Origin: Camelus dromedarius
Lineage: Eukaryota
Assembly (NCBI RefSeq): GCF_036321535.1
Contig: NC_087437.1
Span: forward strand, 111,540,001 to 111,604,000
Length of the DNA: 64,000 nt
Reading direction: 5' to 3'
Numbering within the stretch: position 1 is the first letter of the stretch; each line of letters opens with the position of its first letter. The position numbers and the translations under genes are program-made. Under the pieces are notes generated by a model. The model saw only the letters and a list, made by a program, of their open reading frames with translations. It was not told the DNA's origin and searched no databases. Below are positions 11,781-23,852 of this stretch, one piece after another.

Positions 11781-13559
11781 CACCTTTGTCTTGGACATCA
11801 GCTGAAGCAGACACAGAGAGTTTACTATGACATCCTGTCTCCTAAATATATTTCAGATAGGACCTGGCTCTATGTGCTATTTTGTACTCTGCTCTTATCG
11901 ACCTCACAATATCTTGTTTTCCCATGTTGTTAAATATTCTTTCACAAAAACCTTGTAAATAAGCTGCACAGTGGTCTAGAAATTTGTGTCTCTGAATATA
12001 TAGGATGTTTCTAGGATTTTGCTCTTATAAGTAATGACCTGGGGAGAGAAGAACTTCTTCCACTGCTGTGTGTTAAGTAAAGATGTCTTGCCTACTTTTG
12101 TCCTCAGTATTTGAGTTCAAATAAGTTCACTAAAAAAGAAAAAGGCTAAAAAATCTGCAAAAACAGAAACCTCCCTCATCCTCACTCTGGGCTACTGTTA
12201 TCACTGTGTCCCTTTGGTTTTCTCTGACTAATCAACAAAAGGCAGCATCGGGCAGTCTTGGATGCTCTGTCACTTGGCTTTGAAGGTAGGGAAAGGTAAG
12301 CATGAGTGCAGGTGAGGGTGGACAGAGGTCAGCCACAGGAAGGTGACCTTCTTCGCTGACAAATGCGACTTTCTCTCTTTGCCAGTTCCTCTGGGTTGGG
12401 TGTCCAACCCGTCAAACAAATCAGAAAGCATCACATCCCAGGTCTCTGCAGAGGTGCACATCAAAGACAGAAGGATGCTCGGAATGCTTTCGGGTGAGAT
12501 AAAGAGGCAAAGCTCTCTCAGATCATCTCACTAGAAGGTCACCTGAAGCAGCTGGTTGACATAGGGAAGGCCAGGCGGGCTTCAACTCCTGTGCTGAGTA
12601 AAGAAGGAGACAAAAATAGAAGTAAAAATACCCAGGCTCATGTGCTAACCTAACAAGCAGGAGGGATTTTTAAGATTTTTGTATTCATGCCCATACAATG
12701 GAATTTATTCCATGACGGTTGGGCAGATAATTGGAAACATCTAGGGATTTAGATATATTTTTATGAGCGTTCGGTGCTGAGTTGAAGGCTGTGGGTTGCC
12801 CTTTCCCATGGGTGGCTTGGAATCTGGTGTGATTTTGTTACAGGGGCTTCACAAGGATTGTGACCCCTGTGATTTTCAGATGTGGCTACTGTTTCACAGA
12901 AAAGGTTAAGAATCTCCCCACTGCCATCCAGAAGGTCGAAAATGCAAATCTGTTTCCTGAGGTCCTGGCTAAACAGACTAATTATGTTTGACCTTCCAGC
13001 TGTTCCCTTTTCAGAGGCTAAGCTTAGGAGAAAAACAGTCCTATGTTCCAATCTTACAGCGGCAATACACATGATTTTAATATGACGGGTACCTGGATAC
13101 CACACTAGTGCCCCCACTGCTGGGCGCAGCAAGATGGACTGATTTCCCTCCGGCCATGCCTGGTGTTGCTGCTGTATTATTTACCTCTCAGGTCAATATG
13201 TTTTTTTTCCTTTAATTATGGATGGGGAGGAATCTGTCAGAGCCCATACTGACTTCTGCTGACACACTGCCTCTGGCAGCTTCAGTAATGAGGCAGTCTG
13301 CTCATCTGCTGCCCCGACAGCTGGGAGAGAAAGAATAAAAACACCCCATGAACCAACCTCTTCTGAATACAGAGACTTCAGTGTAAAGACTGGACAAAGG
13401 ACCTATGTATTTAAGTCTTCTCTCTTGTTCAGAGCGATCAAGCTCAGGTTACAACTTTAATTATGATGTCTAAGTCTTCACCAAATGGTCAGTGCCGTGG
13501 GTGTGATCTAAGCAGTGAAAGTGATTTTTAAACAAAGGTACGAGAATGTTTTACCTTGG

Positions 13560-14000
13560 AATAAATTTCCACCAAGGTAGCCCCTTGAAGAGGTGCTACA
13601 CTTGAATGAGTCTGTCATTGCTCAAAAACTGCTTGGATCTCTTCCTTTGGAACTGGCTTGTGTGGCCTGACATGTTCTATGAAATGTCCACAGTAATAAA
13701 TTATGTATTTCTTTTGAGGGTGGATTTGCTGCTGGGAAATAGTTAAAAATGACCCAGAAACCAATCATGTGAATGAAAAGAAGCTGATTGATACCACCTG
13801 GGTGTCAAAAATAAATTATGCTCTCATAAAGCAGCAAAATTGGGATGTGTGTGTGTGTGTGTGTGTGTGTCCTTGAAGGTAATTTCAAAAGAATAATTTA
13901 TAAATGTTTATAAATGTTTGATCAACATATGTATTTTAGGAAAATTTAGATGATGCTATGATAGAGGACAATTATTTTGAAGGTTAGCATTCATTTGGAT
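13560..14000. mobile_element. MARNA-like (mariner-derived) DNA transposon fragment
   Basis: CATTGCTCAAAA...TTTGGAACTGGC, TGAGGGTGGATTTG and TTTTGAAGG..CATTCATTTGGAT resemble the recalled MARNA consensus. Confidence 0.5.
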
Positions 14001-14005
14001 TTGCC

Positions 14006-14094
14006 TTTTTTTTTTTTTTAATGGAGGTACTGGGGATTGAACCCAGGACTTCTACATGCTAAGCAAGTGCTCTACCACTAAGCTATTTCCCTCC
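14006..14094 (-). mobile_element. tRNA-Ala-derived SINE (camelid Vic-type)
   Basis: PolyT then ATGGAGGTACTGGGGATTGAACCCAGGAC...CTCTACCACTAAGCTAT. Confidence 0.85.
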
Positions 14095-14149
14095 TCCTTG
14101 GACTTGTCAGCTTTGGTATGATCATTTAAAAAGTCATTTCTTAAAAATA

Positions 14150-14530
14150 GAGAAAATTGGTTACAATGAACAGAGTACCAGATAAACTAAAAGTTGGTTT
14201 CTCTCTCATGTAAAAGTTTGCAGGGTAGGGTGGTGGGTCAACTCCATGAAATCTTCGGGAACCGGCTTGTGGATGTGTCCTCATCACCATGTTCCGAGCC
14301 TTGCTCTAGCCATCACATCCATGTTCTGGGCACCGAAAGGAAGTAAGGGAGTAAGAGGGGACATAGGAATTAGAAATCCAGCAGTCTCTGCAGGACGGAC
14401 TCTTAGAAGCTGTCCTGTAACTGCTCCACTCACATCTCATTGGCCAGAACCTTGTCACATGATCATACCTAGCAGAAAGGGTGGCTGGGAATTGTAGTCT
14501 TTACCCCAGGCAGCCATGTGCCCTCCTTTA
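14150..14530 (-). mobile_element. Old MLT1 (J/K-like) LTR
   Basis: CACATCTCATTGGCCAGAAC..GTCACATG..CTAGC..AAGGG.GGCTGGGAATTGTAGTCTTT motif. Confidence 0.6.
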
Positions 14531-17337
14531 GGAAGGCTTCTGTCAGTACAGAAGCACCTGAAAGCAGACATTAGACCAGCAGTCTACGCCACAGTTACCT
14601 TTACTCATAGCCTACACTGTAGTGAGCTTGAAGGATGTCATGATATCACGGGCCACAAAGCCTCTTAACAGAAATAATTTTAGTTCTACTTACATATTGT
14701 TCACAACCATTAAACAAGGACTCGTGCCACGTGCATTGCATAGACATATTATTTTATTTAACTTGCCTAACAGCCCATATAACACATTCTGTTATCTCCA
14801 TTTAACAGATGAGGAGAACAGATTTAAAGATGTAAAAATCCCAGACTGCCTGAGCTCACATAGCTAGGAAATGGAAAAGTCAGAATTTGAACTCAGAGCC
14901 ATCCACCTCCAGAGCCTAGGGTCCTTAACCCCATTATTATTCCCCAAGAAGGGGAAATTCTTGGGGTGAATCTTCTACTAGGACTCGGGAGAAGAGGGAA
15001 GGGAAGAGGAAGGGGGAGAAAGGAATAAGGGGTGGGGAGACGACACGCGGGAAGCGGAGTATTCCGTGGCTGGACCAGTTTCATTGTCAAGCCAGCCTGG
15101 TGCTCCTGGTTGTAAAAACAAGCCCATAGATGTTTAAACACTTCCAACACTGGAGAATGACAGCTCTTGCCCTTGGAACAAAATGTTCTCTCCAAGCACT
15201 TAGGCTGAACCTTCAGGAGGAAAAGGAAAAAAACTATTTTCTTGGATGCCTTTTTCAACATGATGAAGGAGAACGTACTACAGGAAACAGCTAGTGGCTA
15301 CTGATGATCTCTTTGGTCTGATGAAATTCAAAGTTTGCTTCTCTGAAGACTCCGTGCTCAGGGAGAGGTGTCATCTCACTTCCAGCTCAGTATCTGGGGA
15401 GATAATGGCCAAAGGCTGGGACAGACAGTGTGGGCCTGGGACAGGGAGCGGGTATCACAACCGCTCAGTTTTTGAAGCTGCTTCCTGAAAGGCTCTGACG
15501 AACTTACCTAGGTGCCAAAGACCTCAAATCCTGCTTCATTTTTAGGAAGGAAAAAGAGCGTCAGTGTCTGCCGAAATTGGAAACATCCTTACCCAGTGAA
15601 ATCGCAAACCAAATTTTCTGAAAACATACACACTGTCATACTTTGGTGGTTATACAATGAGTTATGATTCTTTGGGATGGAGTTGAGCTGAAGCAGGTAT
15701 TGGAGAATAATGCACAGTGAGCAGGCAGGAAAGACTAAGAAAGTCAGAGGCTTCTTCTGAAAATCCTTATGCTTAGGACAGACAGCAACAACCTCATTTC
15801 CTCTGTCCCAGGAGCCTGTATGTCCCCTTCAACAGTTCGATGCTCTAGGGCACCACCAGCAGCTTCTCAGCTCAGAAACAAAATGGAGAGAATGTGAGAG
15901 CCAACCTGGGGGTCTCTGCTGTCCCATCCTCTCTGCAGTGTGAGTGCCAAGTTGCTGATGGATTACAAGGTGGCAGGAGCTCGTGATTCTTTTCGCAAAT
16001 ACTGCATCTTTTCCTTATTACCTGTCTTGGACGCTAACTGTTAGGGTCTAAGATCAACTCTTACAAGGTCTCAGTTTCTCTCTTTACCTGTCTTGGGTCA
16101 TGGAGGGCGGAGGTAACACCCTTTACTCAAATACCATTGTTTACCCCACAAATGACTCACAAATCTCTATCTTCCACTGATTCATCCATTCATTCAGTTG
16201 TTCCCTTGTCCACTCATTTATAAACATCTTTTCCTTTAAATACAACACAAAAACATCTCTTTGAACAGAAAGCAGGGCAGGGCTAGCGCTGCTGGTACAA
16301 CAGGGGTTTCGAGGAGGACGCTGCGGGAGGAGGGGCAGAGGAAAGGTGTCAGTGGTTTCTGGGGTGCCAGGTTGGCCCGCTCTGAATCCTTAACAGCCTC
16401 CAGCAGGACCTGGCTCACAAAGGTGCTTAATACCTACCTGCTGATTAGCATCCTTTAGTAGCCTCCTTTGGTCCCACATGTAGGCACCTAGCACATCCCG
16501 GTTGGGGGCATCTCATCCTGGGGCATGTGGGTCTGGGATGAGATGCTTGCAGACACTAATTATGAGCTGGTACTTGGTGCCCACAGCCATAGACAACCAC
16601 CAAGAAAAACTGTCAGGTGGCTGCAGTTCCCTAGCAACTTGCCGAATGTTCCTGAACCGGAGCCCCAGAGAAAAGGCACTCCTGACCTGCGAGGTTCGAC
16701 CCAGGGCCTGGAAAGGTCTAAGCGTCTTTTCTGGTTTCCCCTGGCCCCTTGTCCACCGCCAAGAAAGGGGCCAGCTCTCCCCACGTCCCCGAGCAGGCTG
16801 GCCAGGGCGGGCCACGGTTAACTACTCTGCAGAGGGAAGGGCCTGGCCCTCCGTGGAGCCAGCTGGCACCATTGTCTGCACACATCCTTTCTCTAAGTCT
16901 CTCATCTTGGGGTCTCTGAAGCTGTCCCCAATGGGCTGGTCATGAAAGGCTCCTGGTAGGGGCCGCAGCCCTCACTGGGAAGGGGAGGCCAGTCTGCCAC
17001 ACGAGGTTTCCCACAGATCTTTCTTCTCCCTCCCAGGGAGAGAGACGGGAGCGGAAGTCATCCTCTGAGCAGCAGGAGCAGCCGATAAAACAAATCCATG
17101 AGATGCCACCTAATCTCAGTTACTCTTTTCCACTCAGTGTCCACCCTAAGCTGACCCGGTGGCCAGTGGCTCAGGGAAAAAGCCAGGTCCCTGCTGCCCT
17201 GTTCCTTCTCAAGGGTAATGGAAACATCTTCTCCCTGGTCACAGCCAGGAACGCTTACACTCAGGGCCCTGTTCCCACAGCACGTGGGGGCCCGTATCTC
17301 CCTCACTGACGTGGAGACGCGTGTCCCCCTCCCGCAG

Positions 17338-17437
17338 ACTCGATCGTCATCGCCTTCTGGGTGAGCCTGGCTGCTTTCGTGCTGTTTCTCTTCCTCATCC
17401 TGCTCTACATGTCCTGGTCAGGCCCCTCGCAGACCAG
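17338..17437 (+). CDS. MRAP: MRAP coding exon 2, transmembrane segment ([33 protein letters not shown])
   Basis: CCCGCAG| acceptor and AG|GTGAGT donor. 100 nt, in phase with exon 1, encodes the MRAP TM helix. Not in the ORF track; found by reading the sequence. Confidence 0.97.
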
Positions 17438-17504
17438 GTGAGTAAGGGTGGCGCGGGGGCGGTGGTGACTTACCCGGCCAAGTAGGGAGTGACCATCTGT
17501 CCTC

Positions 17505-17880
17505 AGGGTGGAATGTTATTTGGCCACAGAAAGGAATGAAGCCGGTTCATGCTGCAACACGGATGAACCTTGGAGGCATCGGGCTACGTGAGAGAAGCCA
17601 GACACTGAAGGCCACCGTCGTGCGATTCCGGGGATGTGAAGTGCCTAGAAGAGGCAAACCTGTAGAGACAGAGAACAGCTAGCGGTCGCCTAGGGCTGGG
17701 GGAGGCAGAGGAAGGGGAGTGACTGCCGACGGGTACAGGGATTTTGGGGGGAATGGTGTAAATATTCTGAAACAGATTGTGGTGGTCACACAACTCAGGG
17801 TAATATACTAAAGATGACTGAATTTTACATTTTAAAAGGAAGAATTTCGTTGTGTATAAAACAGATCTCAGTTAAGCTGT
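17505..17880 (+). mobile_element. L1MB-like 3' fragment
   Basis: GGAATGTTATTTGGCCACAGAAAGGAATGAA...CATGCTGCAACACGGATGAACCTTG motifs. Confidence 0.7.
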
Positions 17881-19727
17881 TGCAGACAGTGAAGCCAAGG
17901 TGACTCTCTGTGTTAGTTAGGTCTTGCCAACCAGCTCACCAGGAAAATGGGACCCTCACTGAGGCATCTATGGCCACTGTCTGTCATTGAATGCCTACTG
18001 TGTGCCTCAGTGGGTAAATTAAATTGGGGGTAAAATCTATGAGTTCCGAGTAGTGATTCGAGCCGAGCTCAGGACTTGTTAATTCTCCTTACTAGACAGT
18101 TGTCTGGTTCTCCCAGGTAGCTTCATCTGCCCAATGCAGCTACCGCTGCCCCGGTGACAGTGCTTACTAGGGTCCCTATACCATCTCTCTCCCGGCCGCA
18201 GCTGATGGGACCGGGGTGGGCAGCTAACCAGGAGATGGCTGGTCCAGGGCTGGCCAATGCCCCTGGGCACGTGAGGCCTGGCAGGAAAGCTGGCACCTGG
18301 AGGCCCTGGGGGACCAGGAGGAAGACAGGACTGGAAGCCATTGTGGACCAAGAAGTCTTGGGGAGTGGAAACCATGTCAGCCTAGGAGGCTGGTAGCAGG
18401 GAGAGGTGAGCAGAGCTGTTCTGGGACAGGAAGGGATGAGGAGCCTCCAAGCCCCTGAAAGATCCAGAGATGGCAGCCCCTGTGCCCGAGAGGGTCCCAC
18501 TGCCCGTTCCTGTGAGCACCTGTGGACAGACCCACCTCGAGGGGCCTCTGTTTCCTCTACCCCCTCCCCCACTCACCCTGCCCACAGTGTCTCATCCACC
18601 AGGTCTACACACAACAGGTCATTTCTATATCTGGTTTCTCTGGGTCACACGTGGGAGGCAGGGACTGGCTTTCCAGCAATGAAGAAATCCATTCTTTTCT
18701 TTCAGTATTTAGAACTCACATCGAATCTAAGCCGATATTTACCCCTAAGAGATCCCTGAGGGACTAACTAATGAAATTACCATTCTTTTCTGCTCTTCTG
18801 AGGTGAATTAGAGCAAGCCCTGTGCTACAACAGTTTGCAAGTGGAAAGTTCCCCGGTTCTGTGGGCACACAGGGGTCTTGAGCATCTTCTGGGCTACAAA
18901 AAATTTTACAACAGGGCGAAATGCTGACACTGTTTGCCCTGACTGGCCACATGGCTCACTAAAGAAAATGCTCTCCAGGAACTTTCTAACAGATGAGGAA
19001 TGCTCAGGGCAGCCTAAAGGGTGCTTAGTTAGATTTAGGAATGAAGATGCCAAGTTGCTTCCCAAGGTTCTGTCCACACTTAAAAAGAAAAAATCATGCT
19101 ACCATCATCTGAATCATCAGAAAGGAGGGCTCTGCTCCCTCATGCTCCCTTCCTGGCCTTCTTCATTCACTGATAACCATGTTTAAACTAGGTCTCTAGC
19201 TTAGACAGCTATCAGTACATCGCTTCATCTCATCCTAATGATACCCACGAGGCAATTATAGTCCCATTTCATTGATGAAAGTGAGGGCAGGCGGGACGTG
19301 CCCACTGCCCCCAGCATCTCGAGTGCAGGAGGCTCTGTCCAGGGAGGATGGATTTCTGGCTAAGATACAAGTAGGCTTGAGGCACGGATATGAGATGAAC
19401 TACACTCAAACACGTGGACGAAGGGAAGGTCAACCTGCCCCTCCCCCTCACCCCCCCAGCTGTGACCAGAGGTCAGAGGGGAAGCCCCAAGGTCAGGGTC
19501 TCCATCAAGCACTTCCTCTTCTCTTCCATTTCTCCACCATGGCGACCTGGGCGACCTGGATGAGCCGGGCTGACCCTCCCCGGGGACTGCTCCCCTGACA
19601 GAGGACTTCTTGCCCAGAAGCCTCCCCTATGGGACCTGGACAGGCAGGAGGGTGCAGCAGGAAAGCCCCCGGGAAGGACTGCTCTCAGGCAGCTTGGATG
19701 CCTGCCCCCCATCTGCTCTGTCCACAG

Positions 19728-20001
19728 GAACAGCACGCAGCGCCACCCCATGTGCCGCTGGAGTCTCAGTCTCAACCTCCCGCTCTGCGTCTGGAGGCAC
19801 TGCCTGTGCCACAGGGCCCCCCAGGGGACCCCGCAGCCTCCACCCAGCGTGGGTGAGGAATCAGGCCGCCGAGCAGCCAGCCCTGCCCAGCAGCAGCCGC
19901 AGCTGGAGAGCCCCTCCACCTCGCCCCCCACCACCCCCCAGGCCCCCACCGCTCTCCTCTGGGAACTGGCCCTCGACGCGGACTCGCACGGCATCCGCTG
20001 A
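19728..20001 (+). CDS. MRAP: MRAP terminal (alpha-type) coding exon, RNSTQRHPMCRWSLSLNLPLC...PTALLWELALDADSHGIR*
   Basis: TCCACAG| acceptor, phase-compatible. Resembles the human MRAP-alpha tail (CPWS..LNL.LC, PTLLWEL). Total CDS 480 nt = 159 aa. Confidence 0.9.
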
Positions 20002-20315
20002 CATCGGGAATGAGCCCAGCGAGCCTCCCCTGCAGACACAACCTCCTGACCTTAGAACCGACCGGAGCCGCTGCTGAGGGAACCGGGGGACTCCAGCCAA
20101 CCCGGACACACACGTGCCTCTGAAAGCCCGTTCACAGTGGCAGGACGTGCACCTAGGCAAGATGACAGTACAAGTGGGCACATGTTTGCTTTTATCCAAG
20201 GCCGGCAATCACCCACCTAGCAGAGGGAAATAGTCCAGACTGCTCATTTTATTTACCCTACTTGAGCTCCTTCTTACTGCTTATGCTTGCTTTGGGAAGG
20301 GGAGAAATATTTGGA

Positions 20316-20337
20316 AATAAAGTATGTATGAATTAAA
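20316..20337 (+). terminator. MRAP polyadenylation signals AATAAA (20316-20321) and ATTAAA (20332-20337)
   Basis: Canonical hexamers about 315 nt after the MRAP stop, followed by T-rich sequence. Confidence 0.65.
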
Positions 20338-21519
20338 AATTTGAAAGTCTTCACTCACTAATCTTTTTATGCCACTTTTCAGTTTCAACTGTTACTTCTG
20401 TAATATCGGCCCTGAGTTGGCTTGGCTGATCTGTCTCTTTTCAGGACGCCCAGCGAGGGCTTGCCAATTTCCCATCCATCTGCCACTGATAGTCACTGTT
20501 ACCAAAATGGAACAGTGTGTGCCTGGCCAGGGTCACTGACTGTGGTCAAGGGACCTGAATCACACCTGACCTCCCCGAGACTTCTGACAGAGCCCAAGGA
20601 GGCGTCTCCCCAGAGGAAGCAGCCTGGCCCGGCAGACAGGGCCTAAGCCCAAGTGGCAGGAGGGTGCCATATTGGGTGTGACTTCATGTGACCTCTGATG
20701 TGAGACCCCCCAAAACCCTAGCTCTTTAGTGCCTGACAGTCTGCCCCTGGCCAGGAGCCAGCACCATGCCACATACCCATAAACACCCCCCCATCCCAGG
20801 TGACTAAAGAAAAGTCCCCCGAGGTGAGGGCCAGACTTGGGGGCAGTGGTGGGAAGGGAAGACGAGGGGAGGGAGATTGATGGGCCCCAGGGATGTGGAA
20901 GCGGGAGAGGGGAATACATGGCCTTTCCAACTTGAATCGAAACCAAGGATTCTGGCTTCAGAATATTCTACGAACATCACTGTGGGGGTTTGTGGGGGAG
21001 GGAAAAGGGCAGGTAACAGGTCCTTGCTTTCTAGTCAATGAGCCCTATCTGTGGTAAGGGGACATGTGCAGGTCAGCATTACTCTTGGTAAAAATCTTCC
21101 AAGTCATTAAAAAAACCAGAAGAAAGTCTAAACACCACTGGAGGTAAACAGAAAGGTAAGTGTTTAAGCTGAAACCAAGCCATTCTCAGTGCTGTATGTA
21201 TCATCCGGGCAAATAAACGGCCGTCTCTCAGGTGACAGACAGGGATGCTGCGTGCTGACATGGGACAAGGGCCCAGCAGACTCCCAGGAGCCCAGGTGTG
21301 CAGGAGGGATGTGGGTACACGCAGAGCTTTAAATGAACAGGACCGAATTTTATCTGGGAAACCCATGACATTCCTCATTCAGCATGTGTCAGCTACAACA
21401 TCAATTAACAAAGGAATCTTAAAAGTCAAATCTGACCTCTAAAATGCAAGTCTCTGTGGAATAAAAGTAGCTTATTAACATCAATTAAGCAAAACACAGA
21501 AACCTAACAAAAACAGACA

Positions 21520-21688
21520 TTTATTAACAAGTTATAAAAAGTACAATCCCTTCTTTGAAACACAATTTAAAAAAATGCAGGTTATCTTCCCAAAGCAGAA
21601 GTCAAGTCAGTTTGATACTTTAAGGATTTACTTTGACATCTTTTTATTTAATAAAAAATCAACACAACACTGGCAGGGATTATTTATT
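21520..21688 (-). terminator. URB1 candidate polyadenylation signals (AATAAA on - strand at 21520-21525, 21643-21648, 21683-21688)
   Basis: TTTATT on the + strand, 360-525 nt downstream of the URB1 stop, in AT-rich sequence. Confidence 0.55.
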
Positions 21689-21787
21689 CAAAAAGCCACA
21701 CAAGTTGTTGTCATGATTTCCTACAGAAAGGAAACTTCAACATCTCTCTTCATGCTCTTGAGCTTGATTTATTTTTGGACATTTCAG

Positions 21788-21880
21788 CTAACATCCACGA
21801 ATCCCTTAAGTGCTCAGAAGTGCTACCTCAATTTGAGGTATTTCTTTGAGGAACAATGAAACCCTAAGAAGGGTCTTCCC
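21788..21880 (+). other. MRAP: Remnant or orthologue of the human MRAP-beta alternative terminal exon
   Basis: TTTTTGGACATTTCAG| acceptor followed by sequence encoding NIHESLKCSEVLPQ, similar to human MRAP-beta SFNTDESLLHSEVLPQ (recalled). In the MRAP frame it reads S-stop. Confidence 0.5.
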
Positions 21881-22044
21881 TGCTCGTGGCCCGAAGGCCC
21901 CAAGCCCCCTGTGACTCTGATCACCTTGCACACACAGTCCCCTGAGCTTGTTATTTGTCAATTAAGTAAAGTCAACTTCCTGTCAGGACACCGAGTCAAT
22001 ATACAACACGGTCATCTTGCAGGCCTTCCACGGGAACCTTCGGC

Positions 22045-22274
22045 TCAACCCGAGTCCCAGAAGCCAGAGCTGGAGGCACCGGCCGGCTGGGCATCCACAG
22101 CGGGGCACTGGGCTGAGATGTCCTTGCAGAGCCTGACGACGGCCTCCTCGTCACCAGCCTGCGCATCCTCTGCGGCGTCGAGGACCATCTGGATGTGGGT
22201 CAAGAGGGTGTCTGGCCGCTGGGCCCCGAGCCAGACATCCTTAATGTACAGAGACACCAGGAATGTGGCAGTGG
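22045..22274 (-). CDS. URB1: URB1 last coding exon (ATATFLVSLYIKDVWLGAQRPDTLLTH...FWDSG*)
   Basis: CCTCAG| acceptor, 230 nt. Matches the URB1 C-terminus. Confidence 0.93.
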
Positions 22275-22714
22275 CTGAGGAAGGGACAACAGGACCATTA
22301 GGACGCAATCTACCAGCCCACAAGTCACCCGCCCACATGCACGGGGCCCCAGGCTCAGCCAAGCCCTTAAATGCAACGTGCGGTGAACGCGCAGATAAAA
22401 CAAATTAATTCTGCCTTTGCTTAACTCTGGGCTTAATCTCGCCCTCCTGTGGCCTTTGCTGTTTCTTCATCTGTGTAGTCAAACCCCTTTACTAAGCACC
22501 TGCTAGACGCCAAGCATGTAAACTGTGGGACCTGCGTGCCCGCACACACACCAGGCACACATCTGGTCACGATGAGAAACGTAATTCTTCACGTGGTGAT
22601 AAGGGGCCCAAATACTTAACCAACAATACCTGACAGGCTCTAAGGAACAGGTGCTCCTCACCCCCAAGCCCACTCTCCCATCTCTTCAGCCCCCAGCCCA
22701 GGACCCCGCGTTAC

Positions 22715-23314
22715 CCTGTGTGGCTCCATCCTCCGCACTCAGAGAGGAGAGGTGGAGGGCCTCGACTGCCGGCGGGACGGCGCTCCCCGCGGGACCCCGG
22801 GCCGCCAGCAGCCGCAGCATGACCGTGTTGAGCAGGCAGGCCACGGCCTGCTCGGGCCCCGCCAGCCCCTCGGCGTCGCAGGGCCGGCCATACAGGCGAA
22901 ATAAGCTGCTCCTCACGGCGTCGTCCTGAAGAAGGTCGGCCACAACCAGCGGCTGTGGCACAACGTGACTCTTCAGCCAGCCCAGGAGGCCGGCAGCCCC
23001 TGCCCCGCTGAGTGGGCTCTCGGCCACCGAGTGCAGCGCCCAGCTGGCCACCAGGGAGGTGACAGTGTGTACGGCGCCTGGGGCCTCGCTCTCAGGGGTG
23101 GCCTGGTCCGTGGGCTCCTGAGCGGGCTCCGGCCCGGGGAACACCGGCCCCCAGTGGGTCAATATGGACCTCAGGAGGCCCTTGCACGTCTCCAGGGTGG
23201 ACGCCTGCAGCTCAGGGTCGGCCATCTCCTCTGCCTCCCCAGGCCTCCTCTTCCGGCCCCGAGGGCCTTTGGCTCTGGCTGGCATGACAGGCTTGTTCTT
23301 ATCTTTGAGCATTT
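22715..23314 (-). CDS. URB1: URB1 exon (KMLKDKNKPV...LETCKGLLRSILTHW...EDGATQ)
   Basis: 600 nt, AG/GT bounded, phase 1-1. Confidence 0.95.
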
Positions 23315-23610
23315 CTGTTACACACAGAGAAAAGAAAGGCAGTGAGACCAGTGTCCCCCATCCCCACACAGATCCAGATGGTGAGGCGTGCCCCATGCTT
23401 AGAGCTGTGCCGAGCACCTGTGAGCAGCAGAGCTGGAACTCAAAGCCAGGTCCCCATCTCCTCCCCGACCAGGGCTATGAGGACAGACAGGCCCTGTCTC
23501 CAAGCCTCATCAGCTTTGGAAACACTGCTCAGAGGACAGATGCTGGCGGCTCTGGGTGGAAGCCAGCCCTTTCTGGGGAGCACAAGACAGATCATGGGTC
23601 CGACACTCAC

Positions 23611-23852
23611 TTAGCAGCTCCCTGACTTGGTGTTTCTCCGCAGCTGCTCTCAGGTCCTCCTGGAGCCGGACGTCCCTCCCAATGAGGCTCCACTTGTGCA
23701 GGAGAACGAGGACATCCCTGGTGGACAGCACGGCCTCGTTCACGGTGAAGCGGTTCAGGTCCTTGAAGGCCTGCAGGACGGTGGCCCGGTACCTCAGCAC
23801 GGAGTCGAGTGTCTCAAAGAAGCTAGTCAGCTGGGTAGAGGCCAAGGTGGGC
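23611..23852 (-). CDS. URB1: URB1 exon (RPTLASTQLTSFFETLDSVLRY...VRELL)
   Basis: 242 nt, AG/GT bounded, phase 2-1. Confidence 0.95.

Noticed and set aside
19473..20208. Several overlapping ORFs around the MRAP last exon
   Set aside because: A GC-rich exon gives stop-poor alternative frames. Only the NEPSEPP stretch is informative and it is reported as a finding.
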